A stretch of 46,753 nucleotides of DNA from an uncultured Geminicoccaceae bacterium (GTDB taxonomy: Bacteria > Pseudomonadota > Alphaproteobacteria > Geminicoccales > Geminicoccaceae), in NCBI GenBank assembly GCA_964412385.1, contig CAYPOV010000002.1, positions 1 through 46,753 on the forward strand, read 5' to 3'. The notes below the pieces were generated by a model, which was not told the origin of the DNA, ran no database searches, and saw only the letters and a list, made by a program, of their open reading frames with translations. A program made the translations under genes and the position numbers. How positions within the stretch are numbered: the first letter of the stretch is position 1; each line of letters starts with the position of its first letter. Of this stretch, positions 43,538 to 46,753 are shown piece after piece.

Positions 43538-43690
43538 ATGAATCAGGGAAGAATTTGGTGTGTAGTTAACCCGACCGTAGGACTGCCTTTGTTCCTCGGT
43601 GCGGTAGCGTTGATTTCGTTCGTCATTCACTTCGCCGTGCTCGGCAACACGACTTGGTTCGCTGCCTTCTGGCAGGGTAGTGCGGGCTAG
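43538..43690 (+). CDS. pucA: Light-harvesting complex 2 alpha polypeptide
   Basis: 50 aa, below the ORF-track cut-off. Translation is [50 protein letters not shown]. It aligns without gaps to my recollection of Rhodoblastus acidophilus LH2 alpha (MNQGKIWTVVNP...VH...TTWFPAYWQGG), with the His31 ligand conserved. The RBS AAGGAG lies 8 nt upstream and overlaps the pucB stop. Confidence 0.9.
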   Translation: MNQGRIWCVVNPTVGLPLFLGAVALISFVIHFAVLGNTTWFAAFWQGSAG

Positions 43691-43705
43691 GTTTTCTAGC
43701 CTTTT
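43685..43705 (+). terminator. Weak intrinsic-terminator-like hairpin GGCTAG-gtttt-CTAGCC followed by TTTT, embedding the pucA stop codon
   Basis: A 6-bp stem read directly, with a T-run at 43702-43705. The structure is short, so it is probably only partially terminating. Confidence 0.35.
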
Positions 43706-43722
43706 CGAGACTGATATGATTG

Positions 43723-43747
43723 GGGGTTGGGTCGTTGGTCCCACCCC
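43723..43747 (+). other. GC-rich intercistronic hairpin (GGGGtTGGG / CCCACCCC, 8 bp with one bulge, 8-nt loop) downstream of pucA
   Basis: Read directly. There is no trailing T-run, so it is more likely an mRNA 3'-end stabiliser or processing barrier than a terminator. Confidence 0.4.
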
Positions 43748-43800
43748 GCAATTATCGCAAACGACAATGATCGCTGGGGCCGAACCGGGGAGGGTCCGTC

Positions 43801-44499
43801 ATGTCCATAGTTGTTGGGTCATTCAAGACCACTGAATCCGCAGAGGCTGCCGCGGCGGAACTCGATACGGCCAAGATGATCGAGCACAAAGTGCTCCTCG
43901 CTGGCCAGCCGGAGGAGTCCGAACTCGATGCCGTGCAGGCCGCGGTCGAAACCGGTTTCGTACCGAGAAGCGAGCGGGATCACTTCGTCCAGCAGCTCAA
44001 AGATGGCCAGTCCTTGGTTGCCGTAAGGCCACCTTTCATGCGCGCCATCAAGGCCATGGGTATTCTGGAGAGCCATGGTGCCGAGACTTCCAGCCACACG
44101 GAGGACACACGGCCCATCCGCTCAAACGCAGCGCCGTTCTCCGCTGCCCTGGGTATAGACACGCTCAAATCGTCCAAATCGACAACCGATCTCAGCCGCG
44201 CCAGCCCCTTTTCCTTCAGGAAATTCCTCGGGCTGGGTCTGCTTAGCGACAATCCGGCGCCGCTATCGTCACGCTTCAATCTACCCTTGCTTAAATCGCC
44301 GAAGGCTTCTTGGGATAAGAGCATGGGCATGTCGTTGCTATCCGATGAGCCGGCACCGCTCTCCAAGCGTTTCAATTGGACGACGGTTTATCCGCGTAAG
44401 CAAGATTGGCAAAAGAGCTTCGGCATGCCGCTCCTCTCCAATGACCCGACGCCGCTCTCCAATTTCTTCGGCTTCAAGGTCCTTTCCGACAAGCAATAG
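43801..44499 (+). CDS. Uncharacterised soluble-looking protein with C-terminal 32-residue tandem repeats, embedded in the puc operon
   Basis: 232 aa. A GGAGG RBS lies 7 nt upstream and GC3 usage is coding-like. It is on the same strand as pucBA and pucC (110 nt and 38 nt gaps). No stretch is long enough for a TM helix. The repeats are listed in the next feature. Confidence 0.65.
   Translation: MSIVVGSFKTTESAEAAAAELDTAKMIEHKVLLAGQPEESELDAVQAAVETGFVPRSERDHFVQQLKDGQSLVAVRPPFMRAIKAMGILESHGAETSSHTEDTRPIRSNAAPFSAALGIDTLKSSKSTTDLSRASPFSFRKFLGLGLLSDNPAPLSSRFNLPLLKSPKASWDKSMGMSLLSDEPAPLSKRFNWTTVYPRKQDWQKSFGMPLLSNDPTPLSNFFGFKVLSDKQ
44227..44496 (+). repeat. In-frame tandem repeats (96 nt / 32 aa, three copies, the last truncated) inside the puc-embedded ORF
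   Basis: The copies are LGLGLLSDNPAPLSSRFNLPLLKSPKASWDKS, MGMSLLSDEPAPLSKRFNWTTVYPRKQDWQKS and FGMPLLSNDPTPLSNFFGFKVLSDKQ. A degenerate earlier copy lies around residues 108-140 (SNAAPFSAALGIDTL). The copies have diverged at the DNA level. Confidence 0.7.
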
Positions 44500-44508
44500 G
44501 AGCATGAT

Positions 44509-44526
44509 GACCGGCTCGAGCCGGTC
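44509..44526 (+). other. Perfect 18-nt GC-rich palindrome GACCGGCTC/GAGCCGGTC between the repeat-protein ORF and pucC
   Basis: Read directly. It can form a 7-bp stem with a TCGA loop, 12 nt upstream of the pucC ATG, with no T-run. Confidence 0.4.
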
Positions 44527-44537
44527 GCGGGACGAGC

Positions 44538-46013
44538 ATGTTCAGGCATCCGGTCAAGCAATTTGTCGCCGCTTGGGAGTCGCTCGGCCCGCGCTATATG
44601 CCGTTTCTGGATGTGGCGACCCCGGACCTGCCGCTTTCACGCCTTTTGCGGCTCTCGCTCTTTCAGGTGTCGGTTGGCATGACCTTGGTATTGCTGGTCG
44701 GCACGCTCAATCGCGTCATGATTGTCGAACTGGGCGTTCCGGCTTCGATCGTCGGCATCATGATCGCCCTGCCGCTCGTCTTCGCACCGTTTCGCGCGCT
44801 CATCGGCTATAAATCCGACACTCACCGCTGCGAACTCGGTTGGCGCCGCGTGCCCTTCATCTGGAAGGGGACGCTCCTCTTGTGGGGTGGTTTTGCGGTG
44901 ATGCCGTTCGCCCTTTTGGTGCTCGCCGGCAAAGGTGAATCGGGGAACCTGCCACTTTGGATGGGGCATTCTTCGGCAGCGATTGCCTTTCTTCTGGTCG
45001 GTGCCGGCGCCCATATTGTCCAGACCGCGGGTCTGGCACTTGCCACCGATCTCACGCCACCGGAATCCCATCCCAAAGTCGTGGGCCTTATGTATGTCAT
45101 GCTGCTTCTTGGCATGATGGTCAGCGCCTTGGTCTTCGGTGCGGCACTCGCCGATTTCACGCCGGGCCGGCTGGTCCAGGTGATCCAAAGCGCAGCGCTC
45201 GCCTGTCTGGTTCTCAATGCCGTCGCAATGTGGAAACAGGAAGCGAGGCGCCCGCCACGAGGTGCTGCGGCGCCGCCGGATCCGACATTCCGGGAGTCCT
45301 GGGCGTTGTTCTGCAGGGGCGAAGATGCCGTCCGCCGATTGGTGATTGTCGGTCTCGGCACCATGGCGTTTGGCATGGCCGATGTCTTGCTCGAGCCCTT
45401 CGGCGGCCAGGTCCTCAACTGGACCATCGCCGCCACGACGACGTTGACGGCTGTGCTGGCGCTTGGCGGCTTGTTCGGTTTCGGCTTTGCCTCGCATGTT
45501 CTCGGGCGGGGCGGCGATCCCTATCGCATGATCCTCAAGGGTGCCTTGGTTGGCTTGCCCGGTTTCGGGCTGATCATCCTGGCCGCACCGTTCGGTTTGT
45601 CGCTGGCCTTCCTCGCTGGGAATTTTCTCATCGGGTTCGGTGCCGCCGTGTTCGGTCATAGCACATTGACGGCGACGATGAACCGCGCACCCAAAGAACA
45701 GGCGGGGCTCGCCCTCGGCGCTTGGGGTGCCGTCCAGGCGACGGCTGCGGGCGTCGCCGTGGCACTCAGCGGTACCATGCGCGATCTCGTCAACGCAGGC
45801 TTGGCGGCGGCCGATGGGATCGGCGAGTTCAGTCAGGCGGCTGGCGGCTACATCACCGTCTACGCATTAGAGATCGTGCTCCTGCTGATCACCGTCGCTG
45901 CGACATGGCCGATGATCAGAAAGTTGCGCGAGCGAGGCAGCGCCGGAGCGTCGACCATCGACGGCCAAGGTCTCGACGAACCGATGCTTGATAATTCAGC
46001 GCGCTCGACCTGA
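44538..46013 (+). CDS. pucC: PucC (BCD/LhaA-PucC family MFS-type LH2 assembly protein)
   Basis: 491 aa and about 12 TM. The N-terminus LRLSLFQVSVGMTLVLLVGTLNRVMIVELGVPASIVGIMIALPLVFAPFRALIGYKSDTH is characteristic of the PucC/LhaA/Bch2 family. It lies downstream of pucBA. Confidence 0.92.
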   Translation: MFRHPVKQFVAAWESLGPRYMPFLDVATPDLPLSRLLRLSLFQVSVGMTLVLLVGTLNRVMIVELGVPASIVGIMIALPLVFAPFRALIGYKSDTHRCELGWRRVPFIWKGTLLLWGGFAVMPFALLVLAGKGESGNLPLWMGHSSAAIAFLLVGAGAHIVQTAGLALATDLTPPESHPKVVGLMYVMLLLGMMVSALVFGAALADFTPGRLVQVIQSAALACLVLNAVAMWKQEARRPPRGAAAPPDPTFRESWALFCRGEDAVRRLVIVGLGTMAFGMADVLLEPFGGQVLNWTIAATTTLTAVLALGGLFGFGFASHVLGRGGDPYRMILKGALVGLPGFGLIILAAPFGLSLAFLAGNFLIGFGAAVFGHSTLTATMNRAPKEQAGLALGAWGAVQATAAGVAVALSGTMRDLVNAGLAAADGIGEFSQAAGGYITVYALEIVLLLITVAATWPMIRKLRERGSAGASTIDGQGLDEPMLDNSARST

Positions 46014-46022
46014 AAAATCACT

Positions 46023-46535
46023 ATGCCCCAGCTTGAGATTCTTGAGCATCCCGACCCGCGTCTGAGATTGAAATCGGCGCCGGTGGCAGCGTTCGATGAT
46101 GATCTTGGGCGCTTGGTCGATGATCTGATCGAAACGCTCCACGCCAAGAATGGAATGGGTCTCTCGGCACCGCAAGTGAACGACCAGCGTCAGATCATGG
46201 TGATGGATCATTCTGAGGACCAATCTGCCCCTGAAGTCTTCATCAACCCGGAAATTCTCAAGAAATCTGCGTGGGGCGTCGTCCAAGAAAGCTGCTTGTC
46301 GGTCCCCGGCGTCGTCGGCAATGTCTGGCGTGCAACGCGGGTCGAGGTGCGTGCAAAAGACCGCACTGGCAAGGTCTTCGAGCAGGATCTGCAAGGCATG
46401 CCGGCTGTCTGTCTCCTCCACGAAGTCGATCACTTGGACGGCAAGCTATTCATCGATCGCTTTTCGATTATCGGTAAACTTCGTCTCAGAGCCCGTGCTC
46501 GCGCGCAAGCGCGCGGCAACGCGACCGCTACCTGA
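46023..46535 (+). CDS. def: Peptide deformylase
   Basis: 170 aa. The three PDF motifs are GMGLSAPQV (motif 1), ESCLSVPG (motif 2, Ser in place of the usual Gly) and HEVDHLDG (motif 3). It starts 9 nt after the pucC stop with no obvious Shine-Dalgarno sequence. Confidence 0.92.
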   Translation: MPQLEILEHPDPRLRLKSAPVAAFDDDLGRLVDDLIETLHAKNGMGLSAPQVNDQRQIMVMDHSEDQSAPEVFINPEILKKSAWGVVQESCLSVPGVVGNVWRATRVEVRAKDRTGKVFEQDLQGMPAVCLLHEVDHLDGKLFIDRFSIIGKLRLRARARAQARGNATAT

Positions 46536-46551
46536 GTTCCTCGCGTCATCG

Positions 46552-46753
46552 TCAGGCCTTGTCGTTCGATGCCGGAATAAGCTCTTCAAGAAGCGCCACT
46601 AACTTGAGAGTATCCTCCTCACGCAATCGGCTGCCGAGCGATTCCTCAATCGCCTGCGCATAGACCGGCCACATTTGCTCAAGCATCCGCCTGCCTGATT
46701 CGGTGATGGATACGCATTGTCCGCCACCCTCCTCTTCGCAAGACTGTTTCAAG
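46552..46753 (-). CDS. MarR-family transcriptional regulator, C-terminal part (gene starts beyond the right edge)
   Basis: The open frame runs to the window edge. The segment ...GGGQCVSITESGRRMLEQMWPVYAQAIEESL... matches the wing/dimerisation end of MarR proteins (D-x-R-x-x-x-L-T-x-x-G pattern, degenerate here). It is convergent with def. Confidence 0.65.
   Translation of the reverse strand, partial: LKQSCEEEGGGQCVSITESGRRMLEQMWPVYAQAIEESLGSRLREEDTLKLVALLEELIPASNDKA

Noticed and set aside
43269-43744. Track ORFs 43269..43538 (+, 89 aa) and 43490..43744 (-, 84 aa)
   Set aside because: Both are out of frame or antisense relative to the two short ORFs whose translations are clear LH2 beta and alpha polypeptides with proper RBSs. 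Their own translations are Arg/Ser-rich and motif-free. I treat them as artefacts of the 60-aa cut-off that hide pucBA.
1-46753. Search for tRNA, rRNA, CRISPR arrays, IS elements, integrases, phage or toxin-antitoxin/defence genes
   Set aside because: No intergenic gap above 100 nt shows cloverleaf-like or repeat-spacer structure. No ORF has transposase, integrase, recombinase, nuclease or other defence hallmarks. The window reads as ordinary chromosome with metabolic islands.

Overview
This is a 46.7-kb, GC-rich, gene-dense chromosomal segment. It looks alphaproteobacterial, which I infer from the protein families and the LH2 antenna genes. I can support about 45 protein-coding genes. I found no rRNA, tRNA, CRISPR array, transposase, integrase or phage gene. 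From left to right the window contains: (1) a BMP/nucleoside-type ABC importer (partial permease, ATPase, lipoprotein); (2) a cytochrome c; (3) MipA, then a BCCT transporter, a micro-ORF and an RraA-like gene in one apparent operon; (4) an orphan periplasmic binding protein; (5) a sulfated-carbohydrate/uronate-type cluster (cyclophilin-like protein, GltS, two Cys-type sulfatases, UxuA-like dehydratase, family-5 binding protein, lipoprotein, SDR); (6) an HD-domain hydrolase fusion, DJ-1/PfpI and an NMT1-like binding protein; (7) an APH-like kinase plus a YnjBCD-like ABC importer; (8) a 654-aa RTX/EF-hand repeat protein; (9) an RND pump and adaptor divergent from a TetR-YcaQ pair; (10) TraB/GumN, a large MscS-family channel and a GNAT; (11) an ABC exporter translationally coupled to a degenerate and an intact glucarate-dehydratase-like enolase-superfamily pair; (12) an ICMT-like methyltransferase. 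The most notable feature is a peripheral light-harvesting (LH2) operon at the right end. Its structural genes pucB (58 aa) and pucA (50 aa) fall below the ORF-track size cut-off and lie under two spurious ORFs. This operon has a PpsR/CrtJ-type double palindrome over its putative -35 box, intercistronic hairpins, an uncharacterised 232-aa tandem-repeat protein between pucA and pucC, and a peptide deformylase gene 9 nt behind pucC. The puc-embedded repeat protein is my best candidate for something undescribed. All family assignments come from motif recognition by eye and none was checked against a database.
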